64,000 bases of DNA, from contig CBDCCZ010000012.1 in the NCBI GenBank assembly GCA_965215005.1, positions 32,001 to 96,000 on the forward strand, given 5' to 3'. The notes under the pieces were generated by a model. That model did not search any database. It was given only the letters and a program-made list of their open reading frames with translations, and was not told the DNA's origin. Source of the stretch: Kofleriaceae bacterium (lineage in GTDB: Bacteria > Myxococcota_A > Polyangia > Haliangiales > Haliangiaceae). How positions within the stretch are numbered: the first letter of the stretch is position 1; each line of letters begins with the position of its first letter. Position numbers and translations under genes: made by a program. Below are positions 10,516 to 20,062 of this stretch, one piece after another.

Positions 10516-10902
10516 ATGAATCCTGAGCTCGACCTGGAGACCGCCCGTCGCATCCTTCGTGAGCGGCGGGAAGACTTGTTCAAGGAGCAACGCGAAGAGC
10601 GCGACCGAACCGAGTCGCTACTAGAGCGACGCGTCGATCGCGAAGGCGAGGAAGGCGACGCGGCCGTCCTGAGTCGCACCGTGTCGCTAGATCGGCAGCT
10701 AAACGATCGCGACACCGAGCGGCGACACCTCATCGATGACGCGCTCGATCGCATCGAGACAGGCACCTATGGCAGCTGCGTGCGCTGCGACGAGCCAATA
10801 GGCGCCGACCGCTTGCGGGCCATTCCTGAGACCCCGCTGTGCATCGCCTGCGCAGAGGATGCCGAGAAGCAGCTCGAGCACCATCAATCGCTGGGGCTCT
10901 GA
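10516..10902 (+). CDS. TraR/DksA family C4 zinc-finger protein
   Basis: ALDRIETGTYGSCVRCDEPI...RLRAIPETPLCIAC; coiled-coil N-terminus. Confidence 0.9.
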   Translation: MNPELDLETARRILRERREDLFKEQREERDRTESLLERRVDREGEEGDAAVLSRTVSLDRQLNDRDTERRHLIDDALDRIETGTYGSCVRCDEPIGADRLRAIPETPLCIACAEDAEKQLEHHQSLGL

Positions 10903-10911
10903 AGCAGCTGG

Positions 10912-11505
10912 CTAGTGATTCAGGAGAGCTTGCACGGCCGGCAAGTCCGCTTCTTCGACGGCGGCGGCGCGAACGCATCGCATCCGGCCCTTGGGGTCGA
11001 TCAAGACGTGCACCGGTAGCGAGCTGGCCCCCACGCCGAGGCTCTCGAGCCAAGGCGTCAGAGCCGCAGCATCTGCCAAGCGCAGGCTCGGCGGCGTCGC
11101 GGGATGCGCGCTGCGAAACTGCTCCAGTGCCGCTGCGTCATCATCGACGTTGACGAACTGCAGCGTAACGGTGGTGCCGTCGGCCGCCAGCCGCCGCTGC
11201 CAAGTGAGCAGTCGCGGCAGCTCCTCTACGCATGGCGCGCACCAGGTTGCCCAAACGTTGAGCCACTGCCAACCAGGTGCCGCTGCCGGCGGGGCCTGCA
11301 GCGCCGGCCATACGAACGGCGGCGCCTCCGCGCTCTCGTGCAGCACGTCGCACAGCTCCGCCGGGGTCGGCGCATCGCCGGCATTGGCGACAACGGCATT
11401 GACGCGCTCGCGGCCGCGGCTCGCAGACGGTGCCGAGTCTCCTCGGCAGCCCAGGAGCAGCGCGCCCAAGAGCGCCGCTATCCTCAGAGTCGACAATCGA
11501 TCCAT
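10912..11505 (-). CDS. TlpA-like thioredoxin-fold lipoprotein
   Basis: NVWATWCAPCVEELP, LPVHVLIDPKG; lipobox LLGC. Confidence 0.88.
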   Translation of the reverse strand: MDRLSTLRIAALLGALLLGCRGDSAPSASRGRERVNAVVANAGDAPTPAELCDVLHESAEAPPFVWPALQAPPAAAPGWQWLNVWATWCAPCVEELPRLLTWQRRLAADGTTVTLQFVNVDDDAAALEQFRSAHPATPPSLRLADAAALTPWLESLGVGASSLPVHVLIDPKGRMRCVRAAAVEEADLPAVQALLNH

Positions 11506-12182
11506 GCGATGAACGCGCTGCGGTTGATGTCTTGCGAGCGGCACGCTTGGCCGCTGCGCTGCCAGTCGCAGAAGCTCTCGTCGAGCTGCGCGTATTCCTC
11601 GCCGAGCCACAAGAGCCCAACCTCGCGCTCGAGATCAGGATCTTGAAACGACTCGCGCAGGTGTGTCATCAGCGCTTCGGCGCGAGCTTGCGAGAGCGTG
11701 CGATTGCTCTCCACAGTGCCTTCCGGGGACGCTCGTGCAACGACGAAGAAGTAACTCGCGCCGCGCTGCTCGGCGAAGACCTTCTCGATCAACGTTTGCC
11801 CGGCATCGTCGAGCTCGGCCTTTCCTTGCTCGAACTGAACGATGCCGCCTCGCTCGCGCATCGGCAAGAACAACGCGTTGAAGTCCGCTCCGGTCATCGT
11901 CGCGACTCGCTTGGCGTCGACTGGCTGACAGCCCCGCGCGCTCTCGCCGCTGCCAGCGTCGAGCAAGCCGCAGCTCTTGAGCACACGGCGAAGGATGCGC
12001 TTGAGCTCGGGCGTGCAGTACTGCTCATCGGCCGCGCTCGCGACCGCAACGCCTGCGGCGGGTGCGTCCACCGCCTGCTCGGCCGCGAGTCGATCCTCGG
12101 CGCCGCCGATCCACAACAAGCTACTGACGAGCGGAAACAGCGCGCAGAGCGCCAACGCTCCGAGTCGCAGCGGGGCATTCAT
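11484..12182 (-). CDS. OmpA-like peptidoglycan-binding domain protein, Cys-rich
   Basis: VQFEQGKAELD, ARASPEG...NRTLSQARAEA...INR; N-terminal hydrophobic segment. Confidence 0.75.
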   Translation of the reverse strand: MNAPLRLGALALCALFPLVSSLLWIGGAEDRLAAEQAVDAPAAGVAVASAADEQYCTPELKRILRRVLKSCGLLDAGSGESARGCQPVDAKRVATMTGADFNALFLPMRERGGIVQFEQGKAELDDAGQTLIEKVFAEQRGASYFFVVARASPEGTVESNRTLSQARAEALMTHLRESFQDPDLEREVGLLWLGEEYAQLDESFCDWQRSGQACRSQDINRSAFIAWIDCRL

Positions 12183-13792
12183 GGGCTCTCCTCCTGCCCG
12201 GGCGCCGTAGGCGTGGGCTCGTCATCCTCGGCGGGCTCGATAGATGGAATGTCTTCGACGGGCGGTTCTTCGAGGGCTTCGTCGGGCGCGAGGGGGGCGT
12301 CATCGACGGGGGCGTCATCGACGGCTTCGGCCGCTGATGGCGCATCGTCGACCGCGGCTGGCGGAGGCGCCGCCGGGCGTTCCGGCGCGCGCACCGGGGC
12401 CGCCGCCTCAGGAGCAACCCCAGGATCGGCCTCGGGCTCGGCCTCAGCTGGCTCAGGAGCAGCGACGGGAGCCGCCGAGCTCGGCTCGGCCACCAGCGTG
12501 CCGCTTCGGTGCGCCTGCAGCATTCGCGACAGCGCGAAGTCGAGCCCGATATCGACATCTTCGTCGCACAGTTTCACGCCCCCCACGTACAGCTGCGGCG
12601 TGAGCACAGGCAGCTGATTTTGCACCGCCCAGCGCAGCGAACGATTGAGGCGTGAGCGCACCTGCGCCGAGCCGATGCATCCAGCCAGAGCCGGAAATTC
12701 AGCCTTGACCATCGCCGCGGCGGCACCCGGATCGGCGGCAGCGGCGGCTCGCACTTCCTGTTGTCGCGCAAACGCCCAGCGCAGAACCTCGTCGGCGCCT
12801 TCGCCCGCACACAGCACCGCCTCGCTCACCGCACAGGCCCCGGGATGAATGGCAGCGTCCACCATCCAGTTGCACTGGTCATCGAGCGGAAACAGCAGCG
12901 CGACGCGATGCATTTGCGAGGTCAGCTCGGTGGCTTGCAGTCGCTCTTCGAAACCGGCACACGCTGGACACAGCGGATCGAGCACCTCGATCACCGGCAC
13001 GCCGCGCACGTGATCATCGATTGGCACCAGCACTTCATAGGGGTCTTCGGGCGCCGCCAAGGCCCCACACGTTCCTATAAAACGCTCGTGGCTCGGCGCC
13101 GCCATCAGGTACACCAGCGACGGGACGAGAACGAACCCAATCCCGATGAGCGTCATCGCCAGCAAGTAGCGCTCGCTGGTCGCGCTCGCCGCGGTCAGCG
13201 CCGGGGCCGCGGCAGGCTGGCCGCCCATCCACGCCGGATCCGCTCCTTGCCCGTGCACCGGTTTGGCGACCGCGACGACCTCATCATCGCCACCGCGGCG
13301 AGCAGCGAGCAGCAGCCCGATCCCGCCCGCCAAGCACGTCGCGCTGGCCAGATAGATGCCCATACACAGCTTACAAACCGCATCGAGGACCACCAGCGAC
13401 AAATAGCCCATCACCAGCGAGGTAGCGGCCGGCACCGCAGTGGCCACCGCCAGCAGACCGACGGCTCGGAGGTCGCGCTGCCGGCCCGAGAGCAGCAGCT
13501 CGACCGCGAAGAACAAGAGGAACGCGAACACGGCCATCGCAGGCAGCGAGATCGGCAATCCACCCCAGACGGTGGCGCGGAACACCGACGAGTACGGGCT
13601 CACCAGCGTCACCTGACATCCCGACTCGCCAACCTCCGGTCCCGATAGGCCTGGCACGAACGAGCAGTGCACGTCGTGCACCTGGCGATCGAGATGCATG
13701 ACGAAGTCGTACGTCGAGACGCTGGCGAACATCAGCCCGACGAACGCCCCCGCCGCGACGACGATCGTCCACGGTTGAGCCTTGATGCGCAT
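12179..13792 (-). CDS. VKOR family protein fused to a DsbA/thioredoxin-like domain with acidic Pro/Ala tail
   Basis: HCSF...GCQVTLVSPYS, CKLC in membrane region, DPLCPAC, FPLDDQCN, LTP; start 13792 inferred. Confidence 0.85.
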   Translation of the reverse strand: MRIKAQPWTIVVAAGAFVGLMFASVSTYDFVMHLDRQVHDVHCSFVPGLSGPEVGESGCQVTLVSPYSSVFRATVWGGLPISLPAMAVFAFLLFFAVELLLSGRQRDLRAVGLLAVATAVPAATSLVMGYLSLVVLDAVCKLCMGIYLASATCLAGGIGLLLAARRGGDDEVVAVAKPVHGQGADPAWMGGQPAAAPALTAASATSERYLLAMTLIGIGFVLVPSLVYLMAAPSHERFIGTCGALAAPEDPYEVLVPIDDHVRGVPVIEVLDPLCPACAGFEERLQATELTSQMHRVALLFPLDDQCNWMVDAAIHPGACAVSEAVLCAGEGADEVLRWAFARQQEVRAAAAADPGAAAAMVKAEFPALAGCIGSAQVRSRLNRSLRWAVQNQLPVLTPQLYVGGVKLCDEDVDIGLDFALSRMLQAHRSGTLVAEPSSAAPVAAPEPAEAEPEADPGVAPEAAAPVRAPERPAAPPPAAVDDAPSAAEAVDDAPVDDAPLAPDEALEEPPVEDIPSIEPAEDDEPTPTAPGQEESP

Positions 13793-13969
13793 GATGGGCG
13801 GGATCGTTTCACGGACCCCGCCGCGGCTCAACTATCGTGAGCGATTCTCTCGCAGCGCCAGTCCACCGCGGCATGCCGTGAGCTCATTGTGGGCACTGCA
13901 CCCACGACAGCGCCTTCCGACCCGCGCGATGCGTTCCGACGAAGTCGGTAAAATATCTTGCTCGTGTCA

Positions 13970-13996
13970 TCAAGTGCCACCCGTGTTGGCCGATCC
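13970..13996 (+). promoter_or_regulatory. putative sigma28 (FliA-type) promoter
   Basis: TCAA-N15-GCCGATCC versus consensus TAAA-N15-GCCGATAA, exact spacing. Confidence 0.55.
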
Positions 13997-14004
13997 ACCC
14001 GCCG

Positions 14005-14175
14005 ATGCGCATCGACTCGCTCCCCATGGACATGCAGATCTTCATGGCCCAGGCGCGCAAAGTGCGCGAGCTTCAGGAAAGCCAAGGCCGCGCCGCGATT
14101 TCCTTGATCGAGGGTGCCGCGACCCCGCCGCCATCCCCCGATGGCAAGGGCCGGCACATCAACATCAAAGTATAG
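14005..14175 (+). CDS. small YjfB-like (putative motility) protein, 56 aa
   Basis: Not in ORF track: MRIDSLPMDMQIFMAQARKVRELQESQGRAAISLIEGAATPPPSPDGKGRHINIKV*. Confidence 0.6.
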   Translation: MRIDSLPMDMQIFMAQARKVRELQESQGRAAISLIEGAATPPPSPDGKGRHINIKV

Positions 14176-14245
14176 GCGCCCCGCACCGCCACCAGAGCGC
14201 CCGCCCGAGTTTTCGCGACCGATGCCCCCGCGCTAGATTGCGCGG

Positions 14246-15256
14246 GTGAACATTCTCATCATCGGCGGCACTCGCTTCGTCGGCACGCTCCTGGGATGGC
14301 GACTTCTCGCTGCCGGTCACCGGGTCACGCTGCTCAATCGCGGCACCCGGCCCAATCCCTTTGGTGACCGCGTGGAGCACCTGCGCGCCGATCGCACCAC
14401 CGATGCGTTCACTCGCGTGTTGGCAAACCGCCGGTTCGACGCCACGGTAGACTTCGCGGCCTACACCGAGCTCGACGCGCGCGGCGTGCTCGCTCACGCC
14501 GAAGCTCTCGGCCACTACGTGCTCATCAGCTCGGGCCAGGTGTATCTGGTGCGCCACCCGCGCCCGGTGCTCGCCACCGAAGCCGATTACGACGGCCCGC
14601 TCATGCCGCGGCCTACCGCGCCTGCCGATGCCAGCGAGTGGGACTACGGCGTCGGCAAGCGCGGCTGCGAAGATGCGCTCTGCAGCTCGTCGATGCCGCA
14701 CACCATCTTGCGCCTGCCGATGATCAACGGCGAGCTCGACTATTATCGCCGAATCGAAGGCTATCTATGGCGCCTGCTCGACGGCGGGCCGCTGCTGCTC
14801 CCTGGCGGCGGGCAGGCACCGCTGCGCCACGTCTATGGCGACGACGTCGCGCGGCTCATTGTGTCCCTGCTCAGCCGCCCCGCCACCTTCGGCCGCGCCT
14901 ACAACGTTGCGCAGCTCGAGACCCCGACGCTGATCGAGCTCCTCGAGCACCTCGCCAGCCGCCTTGGCGTCACCGCCGCAAGCTCCACGCGCCGGCTCGA
15001 GCTCCTGTCCATCGCCCACGCGCAGCTCGAGGATGCAACGCTCGCCGCGGTCGAGGTGTCGCCCTTCTCCGGTCAATGGATGTCGTATCTCGATCCCAGC
15101 CGCGCCATCGCCGAGCTCGAGCTGCGGCAGCAACCGCTAACCGCGTCGCTAGACAGCATCGTGGCCCATTTTCTGGCCGCACCACCAGCCGCGCCACCGC
15201 CCGGTTATCGCCATCGCGCCGCCGAGCTCGCGCTGGCCCGCACGCTCGGCGGCTAA
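14246..15256 (+). CDS. NAD-dependent epimerase/dehydratase (extended SDR)
   Basis: ILIIGGTRFVG, NRG, ISSGQVY, YGVGK. Confidence 0.9.
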   Translation: MNILIIGGTRFVGTLLGWRLLAAGHRVTLLNRGTRPNPFGDRVEHLRADRTTDAFTRVLANRRFDATVDFAAYTELDARGVLAHAEALGHYVLISSGQVYLVRHPRPVLATEADYDGPLMPRPTAPADASEWDYGVGKRGCEDALCSSSMPHTILRLPMINGELDYYRRIEGYLWRLLDGGPLLLPGGGQAPLRHVYGDDVARLIVSLLSRPATFGRAYNVAQLETPTLIELLEHLASRLGVTAASSTRRLELLSIAHAQLEDATLAAVEVSPFSGQWMSYLDPSRAIAELELRQQPLTASLDSIVAHFLAAPPAAPPPGYRHRAAELALARTLGG

Positions 15257-15266
15257 CGCTCGCGAC

Positions 15267-18158
15267 TTACCGCGACGCCAGCCACCGCTGCACCACGCCT
15301 CGCTCTTCATTCGTAGCAGTGCTGGCGCGCTCGTACAGCGCCAGCGACTCGCGCGCCAGAGAGACGGCGCGCGGTCGGGTTTCGGCTTGCTGCCACAGCG
15401 CCCGTGCCAGCCCAAATTGCGCCTCTGCGACCACCTCGGGCGGATTGCTGCTCGCCGCCAAGATCCGCTGCGCGCGCTCCAGATGCGCGATGGCGGCCTC
15501 GCTCCAACCAGCATCGAACGCGTTTTGTCCCCGGGCCACGAGGAGCATTCCGACCCGCTGATGCTCCTGCCCGAGCGTGGTTGCCGCATCAGCGGTGGCC
15601 GCCATAAACGCCTCTTCGGCGTCGCGATACCGATGCTGCGCGTTCAGCGCCCGCCCCAGCGTGTGCTGCGTGAACGCTCGATTGAGCGAGGGCGCCGGGT
15701 CCAGGTCGCCAAGCACCTGCCGAAGCGAGGCTTCGGCGCGCGCCGCTTCGCCCGTCTCGAGTGCAACCTCCGCCAGCACGATGCGCGCCGACATGACGTG
15801 CGGGTGGGCGATACCGAGCTGCGCGCGCAGAAGCTCGAGCGCCTTGGCCATTTCGGCTTCCGCGCGGGCGAAGTCTTTTAGCTTCGCGACGCTCAGCGAT
15901 AGGTTGAATCGCGCCTTGGCAAGCGCCAACGAGTCCGACGCACCGGTGGTCGTCGCCATCGCGATGATCTGCTCGTACGCGCCCACAGCCTCGCGATAGT
16001 TGCCGCGCTCTGCAAACACCGCCGCCAAGTTGTTGAGCGTGCCGCTGAGCCGGGGATGCTCGGGTCCGAGCTCCTCCAGAAGCAGCGCTCGCTCGCGCTC
16101 GAAATAGCCCTGCGCCTCGCTCAAGCGGTTGCGCCGAAGCGCCACCTGTCCGAGCCCTTCGACCACCCGCGCTTCGTCGAGCGGCGCGGCGGCCGGCAGT
16201 GCCTCGATGATCGCCAGACCCTGACGCAGGTAGGTTTCTGCGCGATCCAGCTCGTGCTTGCCGCGCATCACGTGGCCGAGCGCGCCCAGCCAATGCGCGC
16301 GCAACCGCTGGCTGCCGCTCATCTCGAGCACCAGCTCCGCCGGTAGGATCATCGCCTCGGCCGCTGCAAAATCAGCGCGAGTATCGCCGACCAGCGAGAT
16401 CAAATCGGTCCAAAGCCGCGCCTGGGCATCGACGTCCTTGGCCTCGGCCGCCGCATGCAAGGCCGCTTCGAGGGTGGTGCGCGCGCGGTCGAAGGCGCCG
16501 GTTTTGACCTGCGCGCGACCGAGCAGCTCGAGCCCGTGCGCCCGCAGCGTCGCCGGCGCCCCACCAGCGCGCTCGACCACCGCCGCCGCTATCCGCTGGG
16601 CATCGGCGTAACGGCCGGCGTGGACCAGCACCTCCGCGCGGTCGAGTTCTTCGCGCTCCAGTCGCCACGCGCCATCATCCGCCAGCGCTGGCGCGAGCTC
16701 GGTGCAATCCCGCAAGCCCGCGGTGAGGCCGCGAACGGCTGCCACCGCTTCGTCGATCACCGATGCAGCGCCGGCGCCTTCGAACAGATGCGTGAGCTCG
16801 TCGAGCTGCTCGAGCTTGCGATCAAGGCAGCTCACGCGCTGATCCAACAGCGCCTCCGACTGCTCGCCAAACACGCGAGTGGCGCGACAGGTTTGGGTTC
16901 GCTGGGCACTCCACGCCTGGCCGTATTGAGTCACCAGACTGTCGACGCGCGCAAAGGTGGCCGCTGCGTGGCGCTTGCCGGTCGCCGCAAACCGCTGCGA
17001 CACCCCCGCCGCCGCTGCCTCATTCCAAATTTCTGCAAAGCGCTCTTCGCTGCCCGCACATAGCTGCGCGCCTGCAACGCTGCGTTGCGCGGCAAAGCCC
17101 CAAGCACCAGCTGCGCAGATCAGCCCCAGCGAGCCTGCGAGCACCGCTTGCCGGCGGCGACGGCGATCGAGGAAGGCCTGCAATGCCGCGTGCAGCTCAC
17201 AGGTGGTAGCGAAGCGATTGCGGGGTCGACGGGCCATGCCGCGCACCAGGATGCGCCGCAGCGACCGCGGCAACTTGTGCCACCGCGCCGGCGTCGCGCG
17301 CTGATCGGACAGCACCGCGCGGCGAATCTCCTGCGAGTCGACGCCATCGAAGGGGCGTTGGCCGCAGAGCACCTCGAACAGCGACACGCACAGGCTGAAC
17401 TGGTCGGAAAATGGCGTGGCTCGGCCGCCGCGATGCTGCTCGGGAGACATGTATGCCGGCGTTCCCAAGGTGATGCCGCTGCGGGTGATCTCGATGCTGA
17501 GCTGACGGAGGTCGGTTTGCGAGGAGTCATCGCGCGCTTCTTCGGGCTCGTGCGTGGCGCGCGCGAGACCAAAATCCACCAGCTTCACCCGGCCATTCTG
17601 ACCGACGATGATGTTGCTCGGCTTGATGTCGCGATGAACGAGTCCGGCGCGATGCGCGGCCGCGAGCCCACTGCAGGCATCGGCGAACACGCGGACGATT
17701 TCGCGCACGCTTGGACGCGCGGCGGCCACCCACTCCTTGATGGTGAGCCCTTCCACGAGCTCCATCGCGATGAACACCTCGTCTTCGTGCGTGCCCACGT
17801 CGTGCACGGCCACCACGTTGGGATGCGTGACCTTGGCCAGCGCTTGGGCTTCGCGCGCCAGCCGCTCGCGTCGCGATTCGTCGGCGGCAATACCTCCGGT
17901 ATCGGAGCGCATCAGCTTGATCGCCACCACCCGCTCCAGGCGCGGATCGAAAGCGCGATAGACGACGGAGAAGCCGCCGGCGCCGAGGCCATCGAGGATC
18001 ACGAAACGACCTACGTGGCTGCCTTCTGGAAGCACCAGCGTGTCGTCGCGCGCGATGAACACCTTGGGGTCTCGGCCCGTCGGGTCCTCGCCGCGAGTGA
18101 GAATTTCGGTATCGGCAAGAGCCGTCGTGTAGCTGGGTTCTGCGTGGGAAGACTTCAT
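15267..18158 (-). CDS. Ser/Thr protein kinase with TM segment and C-terminal TPRs
   Basis: LGAGGFSVVY, VAIK, HRDIKPSN, DFGLA, GTPAYMSPEQ; LGPEHP-type TPRs; start 18158 or 18191. Confidence 0.93.
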   Translation of the reverse strand: MKSSHAEPSYTTALADTEILTRGEDPTGRDPKVFIARDDTLVLPEGSHVGRFVILDGLGAGGFSVVYRAFDPRLERVVAIKLMRSDTGGIAADESRRERLAREAQALAKVTHPNVVAVHDVGTHEDEVFIAMELVEGLTIKEWVAAARPSVREIVRVFADACSGLAAAHRAGLVHRDIKPSNIIVGQNGRVKLVDFGLARATHEPEEARDDSSQTDLRQLSIEITRSGITLGTPAYMSPEQHRGGRATPFSDQFSLCVSLFEVLCGQRPFDGVDSQEIRRAVLSDQRATPARWHKLPRSLRRILVRGMARRPRNRFATTCELHAALQAFLDRRRRRQAVLAGSLGLICAAGAWGFAAQRSVAGAQLCAGSEERFAEIWNEAAAAGVSQRFAATGKRHAAATFARVDSLVTQYGQAWSAQRTQTCRATRVFGEQSEALLDQRVSCLDRKLEQLDELTHLFEGAGAASVIDEAVAAVRGLTAGLRDCTELAPALADDGAWRLEREELDRAEVLVHAGRYADAQRIAAAVVERAGGAPATLRAHGLELLGRAQVKTGAFDRARTTLEAALHAAAEAKDVDAQARLWTDLISLVGDTRADFAAAEAMILPAELVLEMSGSQRLRAHWLGALGHVMRGKHELDRAETYLRQGLAIIEALPAAAPLDEARVVEGLGQVALRRNRLSEAQGYFERERALLLEELGPEHPRLSGTLNNLAAVFAERGNYREAVGAYEQIIAMATTTGASDSLALAKARFNLSLSVAKLKDFARAEAEMAKALELLRAQLGIAHPHVMSARIVLAEVALETGEAARAEASLRQVLGDLDPAPSLNRAFTQHTLGRALNAQHRYRDAEEAFMAATADAATTLGQEHQRVGMLLVARGQNAFDAGWSEAAIAHLERAQRILAASSNPPEVVAEAQFGLARALWQQAETRPRAVSLARESLALYERASTATNEERGVVQRWLASR

Positions 18159-18332
18159 GCAAATCCGCCGCGGCACCGACCGCCTCTTCATCTTATATTT
18201 TTCTCGTATTTTGTTTAACGTTTTTTTTCGAGAAGACGAAGCGCAGGCACGTGCAGGTATGCGGCGCTGTTTGCGGCGCCTACACCGCCTCAGCGCGAGC
18301 TACCGTGCGGCTGACGCGTATTCGTCAACGAA

Positions 18333-19850
18333 TCAGCGCAGATGTCGCGCTTGCCGGCGCGGGACCCCGGCCGGTGCCGCGGAGGCGGCCGGAACCGGCG
18401 CCTCGAGGTGCGCTTCGAGATGCGCGGGAACGCTGCGTCCGGGGCGCACGAAGTCGGCGGCCAAAACGGGCGCGACCTGCCGCGGGCGCAGGCATTTCTC
18501 TTCGACGAGATAGCGAAACACCAAGCGATTGAGACGAGGCAGAGCAATGCCCGAAAACGGGCCTACTTGGTCTGCGAGCCAGTCGGTGAACGCTGCGAAT
18601 TCCACGAACGGCGAGCCCTCGCCCCAGAGCAGGCGCACGCTGTCGCGGAAGTTGCCGCTGTTACTCACCAAATCCCAGGCGCGAGCGAATCGCTTGAGAC
18701 GCTGGAGCTCGGCAAACGACAACACACCGCTCGCAAGCAGCTCGTACGGCGGATCCTCGGAGTAGACCATCTGCCATTCGAGGTCGTGGCGCGTGATGGG
18801 CGTGCCGCGCAGGCGCTTGAGAATTCCAACCTGAATTTCCTGGGGAGCCAGCGCCACCAGCTCGTCGAACCCGCGCCCAAAGGATGCCAGGTCCTCGCCG
18901 GGCAATCCCGCGATGAGGTCGGCGTGCACGTGGACGTGGGTATGCTCGCGCAAAAAAGCCAGATTCTCAGCCACCGCCGCGTAATCCTGACGCCGGCTAA
19001 TGCGCGCAGCCGTCGCTGGATCGAAGGTTTGAATGCCGACCTCGAGCTGCAGCGACCCCGGCGGAAACCGCGCCAACGTCGCGCGCAGCTCGGCGGGGAG
19101 TCGGTCGGGAATCATCTCGAAGTGCAGAAATGCGCCGGGCTCGAGGCGGGCGAGAAAGAACTCGAGGATCGCTTGCGAGGTGCTCGGCTTGAGGTTGAAC
19201 GTGCGGTCGATGAACTTGAAGTGACGCACGCCGCGCTGCCATAGGGTGTCCATCGCGGAGAGAAAGCGCGGCAACGGAAACGGCCGCACCTTCGAGTCGA
19301 GCGACGACAGGCAGAACTCGCAGCGGAACGGACAGCCGCGCGACGCTTCCACATAGATGACGCGATCGCGCACGTCGCGATCGTCATAGAGAGGATACGG
19401 CTCGGTGAGCTCGGACAGCGGCGGCAGCCCGCCGGCGACGACCCGGGTGAGCGGCCGGGTGCCGGCGAAGATGCGCGTCGCGAGCTCGCGAAACGCCAGC
19501 TCGCCCTCGCCCGTCACTACGTAGTCAGCCAACGCGCAGATCGGCTGCACGTCGACCTCGTGCGACACCTCGGGTCCACCCACGACGATCACGATGTCCG
19601 GGGCGACGCGCCGCAGGATCCGCACCAGCTGCAAGCTTGCCGCGGCGTTCCAGATGTAAACGCCGATACCAACGATGCGCGGCGACTCAGCGAGGATGGC
19701 CTCAGCGATGTCCGCGGGGCGGTCCTGGATGACAAACTCAGAGATGGTCGTGCGTGACCGCAGCTCGCCGAGATTGGCGGCGAGATAGCGCAGCGCCAGC
19801 GAAGCGTGGGCATAGCGCGCGTTGAGCGTGGTGAGAACGATATCGGCCAA
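18333..19850 (-). CDS. cobalamin-binding radical SAM protein
   Basis: SRGCPFRCEFC, B12 domain GVYIWN...VGGPEVS, DRTFN, EVGIQT; start TTG 19850 inferred. Confidence 0.9.
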   Translation of the reverse strand: MADIVLTTLNARYAHASLALRYLAANLGELRSRTTISEFVIQDRPADIAEAILAESPRIVGIGVYIWNAAASLQLVRILRRVAPDIVIVVGGPEVSHEVDVQPICALADYVVTGEGELAFRELATRIFAGTRPLTRVVAGGLPPLSELTEPYPLYDDRDVRDRVIYVEASRGCPFRCEFCLSSLDSKVRPFPLPRFLSAMDTLWQRGVRHFKFIDRTFNLKPSTSQAILEFFLARLEPGAFLHFEMIPDRLPAELRATLARFPPGSLQLEVGIQTFDPATAARISRRQDYAAVAENLAFLREHTHVHVHADLIAGLPGEDLASFGRGFDELVALAPQEIQVGILKRLRGTPITRHDLEWQMVYSEDPPYELLASGVLSFAELQRLKRFARAWDLVSNSGNFRDSVRLLWGEGSPFVEFAAFTDWLADQVGPFSGIALPRLNRLVFRYLVEEKCLRPRQVAPVLAADFVRPGRSVPAHLEAHLEAPVPAASAAPAGVPRRQARHLR

Positions 19851-19981
19851 AACGCGCCCATCATGGCCCAAGCTCTGCTGCGTTTCCACGCTTCTTCCAA
19901 TGCGCACGCGGTGTGCATGGTGGCGCCGCTGCGCTTCCACAGGCCGCGGGGCGTCACTCGCCCGCCATCGCCGCGCCACGC

Positions 19982-20031
19982 TGACACCGGCATGTCCAAA
20001 TCGTGACGGTACCTGACCGGCACGTGACGGT
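19982..20031. promoter_or_regulatory. phased direct-repeat array, putative transcription-factor site
   Basis: TGAC/TGTC at 19982, 19993, 20004, 20014, 20025. Confidence 0.4.
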
Positions 20032-20062
20032 GGCCCGGGGCGAACCTCGCTAGGCTCGCGTC

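Noticed and set aside
13782..14249. ORF-track calls 13782-14249 (+) and 13828-14157 (-)
   Set aside because: No motifs; the 56-aa ORF at 14005-14175 with its promoter explains the region better
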